A stretch of 64,000 nucleotides of DNA from Macrostomum hystrix (taxonomy: Eukaryota > Animalia > Platyhelminthes). Shown here one piece after another: positions 48,461 to 62,134 of this stretch. Each line of letters begins with the position of its first letter. The stretch's first letter is position 1. The notes under the pieces were generated by a model. That model did no database searches. It was not told the origin of the DNA and saw only the letters and a list, made by a program, of their open reading frames with translations. The translations under genes and the position numbers were made by a program. The stretch spans positions 23,002,001 through 23,066,000 of the forward strand of contig CATNEN010000038.1 in assembly GCA_950097015.1 (NCBI GenBank), given 5' to 3'.

Positions 48461-49719
48461 CATTAATGATTTAATTAGCGATCTAGATTTTTAGAAATAA
48501 AAACATTATCTATAGGATCTGTGCATCTTTATGTCTGTTTAAGTACATGAAATTTCGCTCTTAGCGAAGTGTGATTACGGCGTGTGCTATATATTTGTTC
48601 AGTATAGGTGACTGGTATGCCTGCAAAAAATCTAGAAAACAAAATAAAAATAAGATCAGAGTATTTGATAATGAAAAGTTTTTCAAACGAACAAAAATAT
48701 AATTTCTTTATTTAAAATATGAATTTATTGCGGCTACCATTCAGTCGTTAGATTGTCGAAGCTCGGACTTGAAGGTAGGGGGTTCGATTTCCAATTCAAC
48801 AGGTGGAACACGTTTTTGTAACTTAGCAACCAAGTCAGACAATAAACACTCCATGTGAGTGTCCATGGACTGAACAGCAGTACGCAGCTATCAGATGCGC
48901 CGCGCAATAGCTGCACACCTGGCTTAACTAGGCCAGGTAGAAAGAAATTAATATTTTAATTACCATTCGTTTAGCAGGCAAAAATACTGAACGAAGTAGG
49001 AAAAAAAGAAGAAAAAAAACGAGAAAAGAGAAAATTAAGTCTAACAAGCTGAAGTTTTGTGAGTGTGATGAATTAAAATGAGGCTTCCAGGCATCAGCAA
49101 ATAGAAATCAGTTCATAGCGATGATAAATTACTGCTATCGCTAACTATTGCAGAAATCGTGCAACCATATTAGAGAAATTTGATAATAACACTGCAGTAA
49201 GACTAAAAACTAATTGAATTTATAAATAGTAAATTAAGTATTAAGGTGAAGAACAAAAAAAGAAGATTTCGAAAGAAATAAAGTAATTAAAAAGCAATCG
49301 AGATTGGCAAGAATTAATTACAGAACCAGATAAACAAAACAAGTAACAAATCTATACTAACCTATACAAAGAGAACAGACAAGAGTTGAAATGAGATCTG
49401 ATGAAATACTGAAAAATAAAATAAAATGTTTTTACACACTTTCCGAGGGTTTTACGATTCGATAAACAATCTAACCATGCGATTGCAAAAATATACGGTG
49501 GACAACTACGACCAAGGCTTAAACCCTAAAATCAAAATAGATTAAAGAAGGAATTCAGTAGATAGGATTACAGTTTAATAATTTAATAAAGAACTTCCGA
49601 TGTATTCGGTAAGAGATTCCCAGGGGATTAATCAAATTGTTTTACGAGAAATGCCAAGAAATTCCCGATAAATTATTGATTTTTTTAGGAATATTCTGAC
49701 GAATTCAATAAGGAATTAA

Positions 49720-50535
49720 CGATGGATTTATCTGCGAATTTCCGATGGATTTATCAAGGAATTCCCGATGGATTTACCTGCGAATTTCCGATGGATTTAG
49801 GAAGAAATTCCCGGTGGATTTAGCAAGGAATTCCCGATGGATTTATCAAGGAATTCCCGATGGATTCACCTGCGAATTTCCGATGGATTTAGCAAGGAAT
49901 TCCCGATGGATTTATCAAGGAATTCCCTATGGATTTATCAAGGAATTCCCGATGGATTTACCTGCGAATTCCCGATGGATTTAGGAAGAAATTCCCGGTG
50001 GATTTAGCAAGGAATTCCCGATGGATTTATCAAGGAATTCCCGATGGATTTACTAAGGAATTTCTGATGGATTTAGCAAGGAATTCCTGATGGATTTATC
50101 AAGGAATTCCCGATGGATTTACCTGCGAATTCTCGATGGATTTAGGAAGAAATTCCCGGTGGATTTAGCGAGGAATTCCCGATGGATTTACCAAGGAATT
50201 CCCGACGGATTTACTAAGGAATTTCTGATGGATTTAACAAGGAATTCCCGATGGATTTACCAAGGAATTCCCGATGGATTTACCAAGGAATTCCCGATGG
50301 ATTTACCAAGGAATTCCCGATGGATTTACTAAGGAATTCCCGATGGATTTACCAAGGAATTCCCGGTGGATTTACCAAGGAATTCCCGATGGATTTACCA
50401 AGGAATTCCCGGTGGATTTACCAAGGAATTCCCGATGGATTTACCAAGGAATTCCCAGTAGATTTACCAAGGAATTCCCGATGGATTTACCAAGGAATTC
50501 CCAGTGGATTTACCAAGGAATTCCCGATGGATTTA
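49720..50535. repeat. 23-bp minisatellite (GGAATTCCCGATGGATTTACCAA)n; related arrays at 53560-53700 and 54000-54250
   Basis: Shared GGAATTC-N-GATGGATTT core on both sides of BPNT2. Confidence 0.93.
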
Positions 50536-51014
50536 GCTAGCAATTCCAGAATGATTTGCTTGGGAGTTCCTGGACAATTAACCAAGAAATATCAATACGA
50601 TTTTCAAGGTTTATTTGAAATTCTAAATGCATTTTACAAGAAATCTTAAATAAATTTATACACGCTATTTCTTAAGTAATGCCAGAAAATAAACAGCTTA
50701 GACTACAAGCAACAGAATTTTTAAGTTTAAAACAAAAATTTACTAGTTAAAAGTTCAACGAACCAAACATAGGCATTTTTGTGACATAAGCATCTTGGAA
50801 AAAGTAGGAAACAAAAATAAGAGTAAAATAGAGTAAATCTAGAGATAATCTAGATTATATTCCAGAGGGAATGGGGTTGTCAGTCAATAAATCAGTTGTC
50901 GAATTATCAATACTGTCAACATTTTAAACTTATCTCTTTCTTTTGTCAACACTTAAACAAACCAGCTGTGCAATGCAATCAATTGTGCAATTTATTACAC
51001 CAAAATAGCCGTTG

Positions 51015-53504
51015 CTATCCTGTAGTTCGACTTTGCTGCTGCTGCTGCTTCGGCTTCAATTTCGAGACTGGAGCGAATGCGACAAAGCCGTCTGAATGTC
51101 GCGGCAGGTCAGGACTGGCATAGTCAATGCTCCTTAGCCTACCAGCCCCGCCTGCTTTGTCATCGGCGCCATCCAGACTGTAAAGCTTGCCGCCCAGACT
51201 CTCAAGTATGGCGTGCCCAGCGCATAGATCCCATTTAGATATTGGGCCAGTGTGCAGGTAGTTGTCGGCTAGGCCCTGCGTTGCGAAGCGATCAATAATG
51301 AGCATAGGTGTCGAGTAAACATGCTTTCACATTTTCTAGGTTTCTAGAAGTACTCAGAGTTGGTTGGTAATAAAATCAAAACCTTTGCCTCTCTATTGTA
51401 ACTGCTTCCCCATTCTCCTATCCTCTCCCTCCCTCTCCTATATTCTCCCTCCCTATCTTATCCTCTCCATCTACTATCCCCTCCCTCCCTCTACTATCCC
51501 CTCCCTCCCTCCCTCTCCTATCCTCTCCCTCCCTCTCCTCTCCTCTCCCTCCCTCTACTATCCCCTCCCTCCCTCTCCTATCCTCTCCCTCCCTCTCCTC
51601 TCCTCTCCCTCCCTCTACTATCCCCTCCCTCCCTCTCCTCTCCTCCCCCTCCCTCTCCTCTCCTCTCCCTCCCTCTACTATCCCCTCCCTCCCTCTCCTC
51701 TCCTCTCCCTCCCTCTCCTCTCCTCTCCCTCCCTCTACTCTCCTCTCCCTCCCTCTCCTATCCTCTCCCTCCCTCTCCTCTCCTCTCCCTCCCTCTACTA
51801 TCCCCTCCCTCCCTCTCCTATCCTCTCCCTCCCTCTCCTCTCCTCTCCCTCCCTCTACTATCCCCTCCCTCCCTCTCCTCTCCTCCCCCTCCCTCTCCTC
51901 TCCTCTCCCTCCCTCTACTATCCCCTCCCTCCCTCCTATCCCCTCCCTCCCTCTCCTCTCCTCTCCCTCCCTCTCCTATCCTCTCCCTCCCTCTCCTCTC
52001 CTCTCCCTCCCTCTACTATCCCCTCCCTCCCTCTCCTCTCCTCCCCCTCCCTCTACTATCCCCTCCCTCTCCTATCCTCTCCCTCCCTCTTCTCTCCTCT
52101 CCCTCCCTCTACTCTCCTCTCCCTCCCTCTACTATCCCCTCCCTCCCGCTACTATCCTTTAATTCATAATGGATGGTTGTGAAAATACAGAAAATCAGCA
52201 ATAATTTCCCCATCTATCTCACCTTGCTGAGCAGTAGAAGCTTATAACCAGCGCCAGCAGCCGATAGTAGCTCCATAGACTCGTTAGGGAACAATTTCTT
52301 GGCTCTGTCTAGTAAATCGGAGCTCTGATGACTGCGCGAGACTAGCACTCGCCTGCTGGCTTGGTCGGCATTTTTCTTTGACGACTGACCGGCCTTGATC
52401 TCGCCGCTGCTAGTTAAGCTTTGGAGCACAATTGGCAGATTAATATTACCCTGCAGACTGTCGGATACTTTCAAATTGCGCCAGGCCCAATAGGTGCGAT
52501 TGGCGAATGGAAAGTGAAGCACGCCGACAAGCGGCACGCCTCTGTAGGCTACGCACACCTGTTTATATGTTTATAAATTTATATCTTAACCACTCTCTCC
52601 TTTCCTTTACCCGTCTGGCATTTCCTCTCCCTTCTATCCTTTCCTCTCCCTCATCTGTCCTTTCCTCTCCGCCTCAGTGCTTTCCTCTCCCACTGTCATT
52701 TCCTCTCCCATTGTGATTTCCTCTCCCACGGTCATTTCCTCTATCTGTCTGCCCTTTCTTCTCTCACTGTCCTTTCCTCTTCCAATCTGCCATTTCCTCT
52801 CCCCTTCTGTCATTTCCTCTCCCCTTCTGTCCTTTCCTCTTCCCATCTGTCCTTTCCTGCCCCCCCGTCTGTCCTTTCCTCTCCCACTGTCTTTTACTCT
52901 GGCCTGGGTAAGTTTCGCTTAAAAATGTGAATTCCTACTATTTTTCAATACAAGCGTAGAAAGTTATAACCATGAAAGCGAGATAAACAGGGCAACTCAC
53001 CTGAACGGACACATACTGCAACATGTGCTCAGTAAACTCCTGCGTACCATCCAATGGATCAACCCACACTAAGACGTCCTTAGAATTGACAAAGAAATCG
53101 TGCCTCAACGGTTCCACATCCGGGTGTCGATGGCTGGCCAGAGCCAGAGCTCGATAATCCAACGGGGCCGCCTGAGCCTCTTCCGATACCAGACGCAGCC
53201 ATGGAAACGATTTGTGAAAGCCATAGACTAATTCGGCATTGGCCGCCAAATCCGCTTGCGTCACTGGCGGCGCCTGGTCGCTAATGTAAACACCGGCCTT
53301 AGTAACGCGAATAGCTTCCCGATGCCTAATAATTAATTGGCCAGCCCGTTCGCATAGTTCAATGCTGACAGACAGCAGCTCCTTGACCGAGACGCCGCGA
53401 CCGCCGCTAAGAAGCGGCACCTCAGTGTGGATCAGGAATAATATAGCCACACCGCTGGCTAGGCAGAAAGCCCCCAGTTTGTTTATCCTCAGACGGCACA
53501 CCGC
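51015..53504 (-). CDS. BPNT2: Golgi PAP phosphatase / inositol monophosphatase 3, 3 exons (53504-53001, 52558-52223, 51275-51015), ~367 aa
   Basis: N-terminal TM anchor, TQAD, SEE, WVDPLDGTQEF, VSRSH, GAGYK and KWDLCAGHAIL. All introns are phase 0. Confidence 0.9.
51420..52155. repeat. Polypyrimidine (CT-rich) tandem repeat in BPNT2 intron 2; a second CT-rich repeat at 52620-52900 in intron 1
   Basis: Period of about 20/60 bp, almost purine-free on the plus strand. Confidence 0.93.
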
Positions 53505-55696
53505 CTGCAATGGGGGATCGATTCAGGATGGTACTCAGTCTGATTTTCAAATAAACTCCATTCGAATTCCTGATGGATTTCCCATGGAATTTCCAAAGGA
53601 TTTCCTATGGAATTCCCGATGGATTTCCTATGAAATTCCTGAAGGATTTCCCATGGAATTTCCAAAGGATTTCCTATGGAATTCCCGATGGATTTCCTAA
53701 CATATCTATCAGAAAAATGTCTAATGGATCTCTGTAACTCCTAAAAGAAAGCGTAACGGATTTTTTAGCCATAATTTTTTTCTACAACTATTCTTAATAA
53801 ATTTTCTAAAAGTAATTTCCTTAAAATCAATCAATTGCCGGATTTCACAAAGGAATTCCGAGACAGATTTTTGGAATTTCTTAAGGATTTTTAATAGAAC
53901 TTTATTCCTAGACGGGTTTTTAAAGGAAGTCCCTGATATACATTATTAAAGGAATTCCCACACCGATTTCTTAAAGGGATCCACAGACCAATTTTTTAGA
54001 GGAATTCCCTGATGGATTGGAAAAGGAATTCACTGATGGATTTAAAAAGGAATTCACTGATGGATTTGAAAAGGAATTCTCTGATGGATTTAAAAATGAA
54101 TTCTCTAATGGATTTGAAAAGGAATTCTCTGGTGGATTTAAAAAGGAATTCTCTGATACATTTAAACAGGAATTCTCTGATACATTTAAAAAGGAATTCA
54201 CTGATGTATTTGAAAAGGAATTCTCTGATGGATTTAAAAAGGAATCCTTTAAGGATGTCCAAAAGGAATTCCCAAATAAATTTTAAAAAATGTATTCCTA
54301 AACGAATCTCGAGAAGGAATCCCCAAAATTATTTCCAAAAGAAATTCTCTAAAGAATTTCCAAAAAGTAATTCCATGACGGCTTTTTTTGAAGTAGCTGC
54401 ATCTATTTTTAATGTAACACAAAAATGTTAAATTTGGCAACCATTTTATCACGAGACAAGACAATAGATAACAAAAGTATGCTTAACTGAGCAAGTGTTT
54501 TACAAAATTGGGCCCCGTATATTTAAAATTTTTACTAATAAAAAGATTTCCATAATATCTGTTCTTTGTTTAAACAAGAGACTTTCAAATTTTTGTTTAA
54601 ACGCACAAAAGTCGCAAGATAACACAAAAGGAATGATATTAAAAAGGAATAAAAGACTCGCATAAATCATGGTTGAATACAGTATAGAAGAAAGGAATGA
54701 AGGTACAATAATTAAGCAACAACAATCAAATAGAGCGCCTTTTAATTGATAGTTATTGCTTAATTAGTCCATGCCTAATGTCTAAACATAAGGAGCGGTT
54801 TCGATTTAAACTCACTAAAAGTAAGCATGCTACTAAATTTATTAATAGTAGTCAGTAGTATGCATAGATAAGAATAGTTAAAATATATACCAAAGGACAA
54901 AACAAAAAAGTATCTCTTGATCAGTAATAAAAACTTTGCAATATACTTGTGTATAAAACTATACAAAAGCATTCAATGTGGAATGCTTAGTAACACGCAA
55001 ATGGTCAGTATCACAGTGCTAAACGTATCTACAAGTAACTTAAAAAAGGATTAAAGTTTTATTTTATTTTTTTGGTTTACAAAAAAATAAAAAAACATGA
55101 TCTAATTTATAGTGCTGGTTGCTGAAAAGCAATCATGAAGATCTAAAAAATACAATAGAAGTGTACAAAAAAATTAAAAATCAAACAAAGGACTAATTTA
55201 TGGTGTAAGAAAATACTTACAGGTTCAAAAAATGAGGAGAAATGAAAAGAAGAACAAAAGATAGCCAATTCCATTTAGAGATCGATACGTAAAAATAGTC
55301 TTATCTACAGTCGCAGACTGACAATTTGCATCAAATTTATGAGAATCGAACAGTGGTACTTATGGGGAATGTTTCGAATATTAATGGCCAGTGAGAGAGA
55401 GAGCAAAACTGATTGAAAATCTTTGGGTTTAGGTCTAGCTGTTTGATGCTTGTTCTAAAAGATTATCCTGGTATCTGAGTAAGAAAATTATTGAACAAAT
55501 ACATCTAGGTTAGTAGTTTAAAATATTCTTAAACCACTTAAATATTGAAAGGTTGCTTACAACTAAGTATTGTTAGGTATTAGAAGACCTAAATGGTTCT
55601 CACAATCAACTACTGATAATGATACATTTAGAAATCAAGGAAGAAAGCGTGCCATTGTTAGTTTAAAAATCAATATTGAACATCAGGCGACCCAGT

Positions 55697-56413
55697 TTAA
55701 ATAACAGACGACATAGATCTACCAGACGGAATTGTGCCCATCAGCTGATCCGTAGACTTGCCATTATTCATAGGGAAGGCGTACTCTCTCTGTACCATTA
55801 GTTCGCGATCTAGTTTCACCTGTGGCACTAGAAAACAGCTAGTAAAGAAGCAGAAGATGACAGATAGTACAGCCAAGCCGAAGCTCCATGATGGCCAATT
55901 AAGTTCGGGATTCGGCAGCCAATAGGGATCTAAGCATTTGCCGCCGAACACAGCGATGCCAACACCAATCAGTGCGCCAATGAATAGCATTCCGTAGGCC
56001 AAGCAGCGGCTTAGCAGCGCCCGCCTCTCTGGATTATCGACGCAGCGAACAACATAGATAACGCAGAGGATTAGCGCGCCAATGTGCAATAGCAGGCCTA
56101 GGGTGATGCAGAACTGAACAAAGCGAAACCAAGGCGGCATTAAATAATCCCTAATGGGATAAAACTCCGGCGCAAATGACCACCAGCAGCCGAAGTAGGA
56201 TCGCATCTCGGGATCTAGACGATGAACTAAACCATCTAGACAGAACTCCCATAGGCCCAGTCGGTCCATTGGTGTGTGCACTCTCGGCCAGCTTTGCAAC
56301 CAGAATGGCGTCACAAAAGACAATAGAACGCACACAAAGCTAAACACTGTACACACTAATGCTGCTCTTGCATAGCCGGACACTATTATATGCTTCTCGG
56401 AGTTGACCGACAT
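55697..56413 (-). CDS. Invertebrate claudin-like / PMP22-superfamily 4-TM protein (238 aa from MSVN)
   Basis: TPFW, GLWEFC...C signature, four hydrophobic segments, SWSFGLA before TM4, and C-terminal SSVI (PDZ-binding-like). Confidence 0.85.
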   Translation of the reverse strand: MSVNSEKHIIVSGYARAALVCTVFSFVCVLLSFVTPFWLQSWPRVHTPMDRLGLWEFCLDGLVHRLDPEMRSYFGCWWSFAPEFYPIRDYLMPPWFRFVQFCITLGLLLHIGALILCVIYVVRCVDNPERRALLSRCLAYGMLFIGALIGVGIAVFGGKCLDPYWLPNPELNWPSWSFGLAVLSVIFCFFTSCFLVPQVKLDRELMVQREYAFPMNNGKSTDQLMGTIPSGRSMSSVI

Positions 56414-59400
56414 TGCACTCCAAAGCTGGGGGAGATTTTCTGTGTTGGCACAGTGATTCTTTAACTGTACGATCTGATTGATTTTTTTCACACTATACTG
56501 TCACTGAAATTAGCAAACATGTGCATACCTTATTAGTTATTTATTGTAAGTATAAAATATAATAATATATGCTCAGTAGCATTAGCAGTAGCAAAAGTTC
56601 AAGATAAAATATGCAAACAAGATAATGCACTGAGTTGTATCAGAAAAGAACTTATTCATACAGCAAAAATATACATATGCAGTTTTATTAAAACAACTAA
56701 AGAACAATTTTAGAAAATATAATACCAAATACAGTGCTAATAACAGTAAGTTAAGCTGATTATCAACTAGTTAACAAACTAACACAGATTTTTGTTGATG
56801 ATGATCATCATTAGATTCAAAATTTTAAATTAAATTTTAACTTTATTTTTCTAAGTAAAATGAACAAGTTAGTTATTTCCAACTGTTTTACAATGACAAG
56901 CATAAATTAAAGAACACCTATTTGAAAAGCAATTAGTTATACTGACTATATGCATTGTATTTGAGTTTTATACAAATAATAGCTAACAATAATGTTTATG
57001 AATCAGCAGTAGTTTTTTATATATTGTTCAATATTGTTTTTGTTAGAAAAAAAACTAATAGTAAAAAGTGCTGTTTTCTACTGTTTCTTTAGTTATCAAT
57101 CTATTAGCTACTTTAAAAGAAAAAATAGAAAAGTAAAACTACAACAGTAAAATGTTTTTTTCACTTAAAAATGTCAAAAATACTACTTTTATTAAAATGG
57201 CTATCAATTTTTAATTTTCACAATTGCCACTCTATTTTTCTTCTTTGTCAAGTAATTTATTTGATTCTGCAATTTGTGTTCTGATTGGCATTTTGACAAT
57301 GGCTAAGGCTACAAGTGATGATTGTATCAATATTAGGATAAGTAGCAGTGTCAGTGACAAAAATGCAAATTATCTTGAGAATGAGAATCTGAATGTTTAA
57401 TGAGATTGATTCTTAACTAGGCTCTGATGATGATGATGATTATAAGAGCATTAAAAAAGAGCAAACATCTTCCATTACAAAGAATATCGCACCAAAAATT
57501 AAATATTATATCCTTCTATTAAAGCTATGTTTGCTTATAAAAAATAGCATGTTTTTATAATTATTTTTTTTTCAAAATGTGCTATTTATATCTTAACCAA
57601 GTACATTATTCCTTATTAGCAATAGTCTACCCAACCATACCCAACTCCAAGTTTTAATGTTTCAATTTTATTCACTTAGTATTACATTACTAGCATTATA
57701 TATTCAGTTTTTATACTGAGCAGCTATTAAAAAATATGTTTAAATATTATTAGCTATTTGGGTTTATAAGCATTAACATTCATTTAATCTGAAGCATATT
57801 GTAAATAGTAGTTACTATATATAGTATGAAATAAATCTTATGGGAGAGCTGCAGTTAGCCATTGCTGACTAGGCTAACTTGAACTAATTGCTTATAGCTT
57901 TTTCAGTTTTTTTCTGTTTTTTTTTCAGTTCTATTTAGCAATAGTATTTGTTTTGCATATTTATTATTTAGTTTAAATCAATGCTTTTGTAAAAAAATGA
58001 TTTTGGCCTCAGTTCTGGTGATATGATAATGATGAGGCAATAGGGCAACTAATATACCATTAATACCCATGCTTTAAGGGTGTTAATGAAAAATCTGAAG
58101 GGGCTGTTAGCCCAAAGGTTGTGTATCAATTTTAGCATACCATAGATGTTTTTGCCCAAGCTATACTTTCAGAGTCAGAGACAGGGGTGTGGGACAAAGC
58201 CCCCACTTTGGGGTGCCATAGACATTTTAGCCTCAGTAAGCCATTCCTATTGGTCAATGCTTTTTTGTGGGTGGTTAATGGTTATTAACTGCCCACAAGA
58301 AAAATTAAATTACTAAGCATTAATTCATCTATGGCCATTAACAGGCAAGACTTTCTGCCTGTCATGGTACAACAGGTTTTTTCCAAAGCAGATGCTAGCC
58401 ATGAAGCTTATTGAATATTGAAACATGATGAGGCATGACTAGATACTAGTTGGCTCTAGGCCTAATTAAACTATGTTTTGGCCATAGACAGACTAGTTGG
58501 CATTGGCATGACTAGTTGGATCAAATTCAGACTCTATGTGATTCCTAGGCACCAATTCAAACTTATAAATCATTGCACAAAAAATTGTAATTGCTGATTA
58601 TGCTTTGATTCTTAGTATTTATTGAAAATATTACCGCACAAACATATAGCCTGTCTCTGATGTAAAACTACTTAACTAGTCAGATAAAAATGCTAAAAAA
58701 ATTGTAAAAAATGAATAGCTAGGCCTATATGTTTTAAAACTTTAAAATTATTCTCTTGGATTTTGCTACCTCAATAATGAAATGTAACAATAAGGCAGCT
58801 AGGACTACAGAGACATTTGCAAATATAGGCCTATGTATATTTTTAATTCTTTCTTGATTTTCTACAAAACAAAACAGGTGCCATGTAGCACGTTGCCTAT
58901 AAGAAAAAAAGCATGAATAAGTGGTGCAGCACAATATACAAAGGAAGCATTCGCGAACAAAACCCGTTTTCATAAAATCTGCCTTGTCTAAAGTAGCTAG
59001 CTAGCAATAAAAATGCGGCTCTGTACGCTTTGTAGATAATTATGCAACCTGAATAAGTCAATGAGCAGACGTTTATTGTATGACCTGCAACCTTCATTTC
59101 AGTCCTCGTAAGTTGTATACTATACTATAAGCAATTATATTACAATTTTAATTCTTTAGAGTGAATACAGGGGTTAAAATCAGTAGTTGGCTTATAAGTT
59201 GCTGCAGAGTGATCCATTGACACAGAGGGGATATAAAGTTCGCCCCTTCCGATAACCATTTTGCCTTTTGTAAAAAATCCAGATTCCAGTCAACAGCATA
59301 CCGATACAGTACAGTACTATAATTTTAAACGACAACTTCCTTCTAATTTTAAAACAGTGCTAATTATAGTTATAACAAGCATATACATAGCAAGATCTGC

Positions 59401-59728
59401 TAGTAGCTTGTTTTTTTATTTCTATGTGTAAATGTATATTTTAATCTCTTTTATTTAAAAATTAAGTTATACTATTGGCCTGAATCTTAGTAATTACGTC
59501 ACATCTATCATTCCCAACTTCCCAATTCCCAGGTTCCCAACGAAAGTAGTTATCGCGTCACTCTGGTGTAGCGAATAAGATACGCCACGGTAAGTCAATC
59601 GCATGATGACTGAATCACGGCTCGTGTCGGGCTAGGCCTTAGGTCTAACTTGGATTAAGAAGTCGTGCATTTAAGTGCCTATTGGCTATCAATAGGCTAT
59701 ATAGCTAATACGGAATATTGTAGAGCAC

Positions 59729-59826
59729 GAATGCGCTGACTGTCTGCCAGATGTAGGTAGCCCCTGGTGGCAAGGCCTGGTGGACCATGCTGACAGAGCC
59801 ACCTGTCTGAGTAGCTAAGCCAGATG
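59729..59826 (+). pseudogene. Decayed fragment of the ZNHIT2 coding sequence
   Basis: GAATGCGCTGACTGTCTGCCAGATGTAG...CCCTGGTGGCAAGGCC...GCTGACAGAG...TAGCTAAGCCAGAT aligns with 62900-62989. Confidence 0.75.
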
Positions 59827-59970
59827 CTTATCTTGCTATATTGCTAATGCTTAGTTCCAAAGTTTCCAGTCTTTGAAGTTTGCACTTCTTTTTATCCCTT
59901 CTTTATTCCTTTGATTAGCTACTCTTTGCTAGCTTTAGCTTTGGTGGGCAAGCTGAATGGTAGGGGCCTA

Positions 59971-60227
59971 CCTGGACACTTCGTCATCTTACAACTTCGT
60001 CATCCAAATGACGATCTGTCCAATATCCCAGAGGGTGGATTACGAAGAGACTTAGACTTGTGGACACTTCGTCATCTATAAAACAAAATTCTTCAAAGTT
60101 AGAACAGAACCACCCCTCCCCACCTGTTGGCACCTATCTTTCAACTCTTAATAATGAAATCAGTTTTGACACCTCTTTTTGACAATTTAGAGTGTGAAGT
60201 GTGTTCACACCTCTGCCCCACCACCTA
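59971..60227. mobile_element. Partial inverted copy of the MITE at 61700-62134
   Basis: Reverse complement of ~61866-62134, beginning CCTGGACACTTCGTCATC. Confidence 0.8.
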
Positions 60228-61699
60228 CTCTGACTACATATCTTGAAAGTTTCTCTGGAGGGATAAGAAATTATTTACATGGACTGGTCACTGGACATGC
60301 TTGTCATCACTCATCATTTATACCTAATTGTTTATATTACGAGTATATAGACATGTACTTATAACAATAGACTTAAAATTGAAATTAATTAGGCCTACTT
60401 ATATTTTTATAGTATCACTATAATATTGAATTGTCATGTGGTGTCTGATAGCTTTTGACCAAACCTAGCTTTTTGACTATGGCCTATTTTGTTTGCAAAT
60501 TTTAGGTGAATTTTTGTTGTAGAGCTAATATCAGGCCTAGGCCTATAATATTCACCTATTAGGCCTAGCTAAGCTAGGCTAGCTATATTCTATATAACTG
60601 CAGAGTTTAGGCCTACAGCAATCTGCCTTTAAACCCCATAGGGGCCCTAAGAAAAAATCAACTGTCTTGTAGTGTAGTTGCACTTTGCACATTAAATTTT
60701 GTATTTTAACAAAGTTGACATTTGATTGACATTTATATAAAGGTTTTAAAAATGGCATGGCATATCAAATCCCTCAATAACTGCCATATAGAAGAGTTTG
60801 TATAGCGCCTAGCATTAAATATCCTTTGCAAATACCTTTTGCAATCTCCTATTTTTGGTTAGGCCTATCAACTACTACCGAGACTACCTATACCTATAGG
60901 CAGTGGGACATTTCATGGTGAAGCATACATGCGCAACACCCGGCCGACCCGGCCAGTTTGGCCGGGTGAAACGAGGGCCAAGCAAGGTAAGTCGCAAAAA
61001 CCAATAGACCAAGTGCAAAAAATCAAAGGGGGGACCAAGGGACAAAAAAGGAAGGCGTGAAGAAAAGGAAAAAGGGGAGAGAAAAAGAGAGCAAATGAGA
61101 GCAAACTAAGTCGTAAATAGAGCAATGAACTAAGTCGCAAATGAGAGCAAAAACTAAGTTGCACGGCCGGCTAAGATTTGGGAGGTTGCACATGTATGTG
61201 GTGAAGTGTTGTTAGCTTAGTGCAGTTCTCTTTTTAGCTAAAATGTATATAGTCCCTTGCACATTTATATGAAGTTAGTGCCAATATGATGAAATAAAAT
61301 GATGATCTACTATTATTATTGGATGGCTTGTGGTAAGTAGATTGTAGATATGAGTTTGGCATGAGTCTCGGACAACTGGACAAGTAACCTAGGGTTGACA
61401 ATGTAGTCAACAGTCATAGCAGCTATCCACTAAGCATATAGTAACTGTGCATTTTATTAACATTTTCCCCTAAAAACTAATATAGATTAATAAATGGCTA
61501 CTTATCTATAACAATAGCTAGCTACTAGCTACTTTGGTGTAAAATAATATTGCAATATTGTAATTGCAATCAAATATAGAAGTATTGACTTTGTGCTATA
61601 TTAGCTAGGTAGCTAGTTAATTAGTTCTTTTTAAACATTGATATAATATTTTATGAATATATATTTGTAGCTAGCTAACTCAAAGTATGCAGATATGGA

Positions 61700-62134
61700 T
61701 CCTAGACACTTTGTCATCTTACTACTTTGTCATCTTACAACTTCGTCATCCACTTAGAAGGTAGGACACTTTGTCATCCAGCCAATTGGCATGCTTTAAA
61801 GTTTGGTCAGTTCGTCATCTACTAATAAATAAATAAGCAATCTAGTTCATCATCAATAAAGTGAGGGTGGGGTGGTGGGGCAGAGGTGTGAACACACTTC
61901 ACACTCTAAATTGTCAAAAGGTGTCAAAACTGATTTCATTATAAGAGTTGAAAGATTGGTGCCAACACGATGTGAGGAGGGGTGGGGAGGGGTGGTTCTG
62001 TTCTAACTTTGAAAACTTTTGTTTTATAGATGACAAAGTGTCTACATGTCTAAGTCTCTTCGTCATTCATCCTCTGAGAAATTGGACAGATTGTCATCTG
62101 GATGACAAAGTTGTAAGATGACAAAGTGTCCAGG
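61700..62134. mobile_element. MITE-like non-autonomous DNA transposon
   Basis: Terminal inverted repeats CCTAGACACTTTGTCATCTTA ... TAAGATGACAAAGTGTCCAGG, with subterminal ACTTYGTCATC repeats. Confidence 0.7.

Noticed and set aside
48734-48916. Possible upstream ATG-bearing exon of PIGL or a small gene
   Set aside because: The ORF-track start is GTG, it has no recognisable homology, and it is followed by AATAAA. I found no convincing ATG plus phase-0 donor linking it to PIGL, though this cannot be fully excluded.
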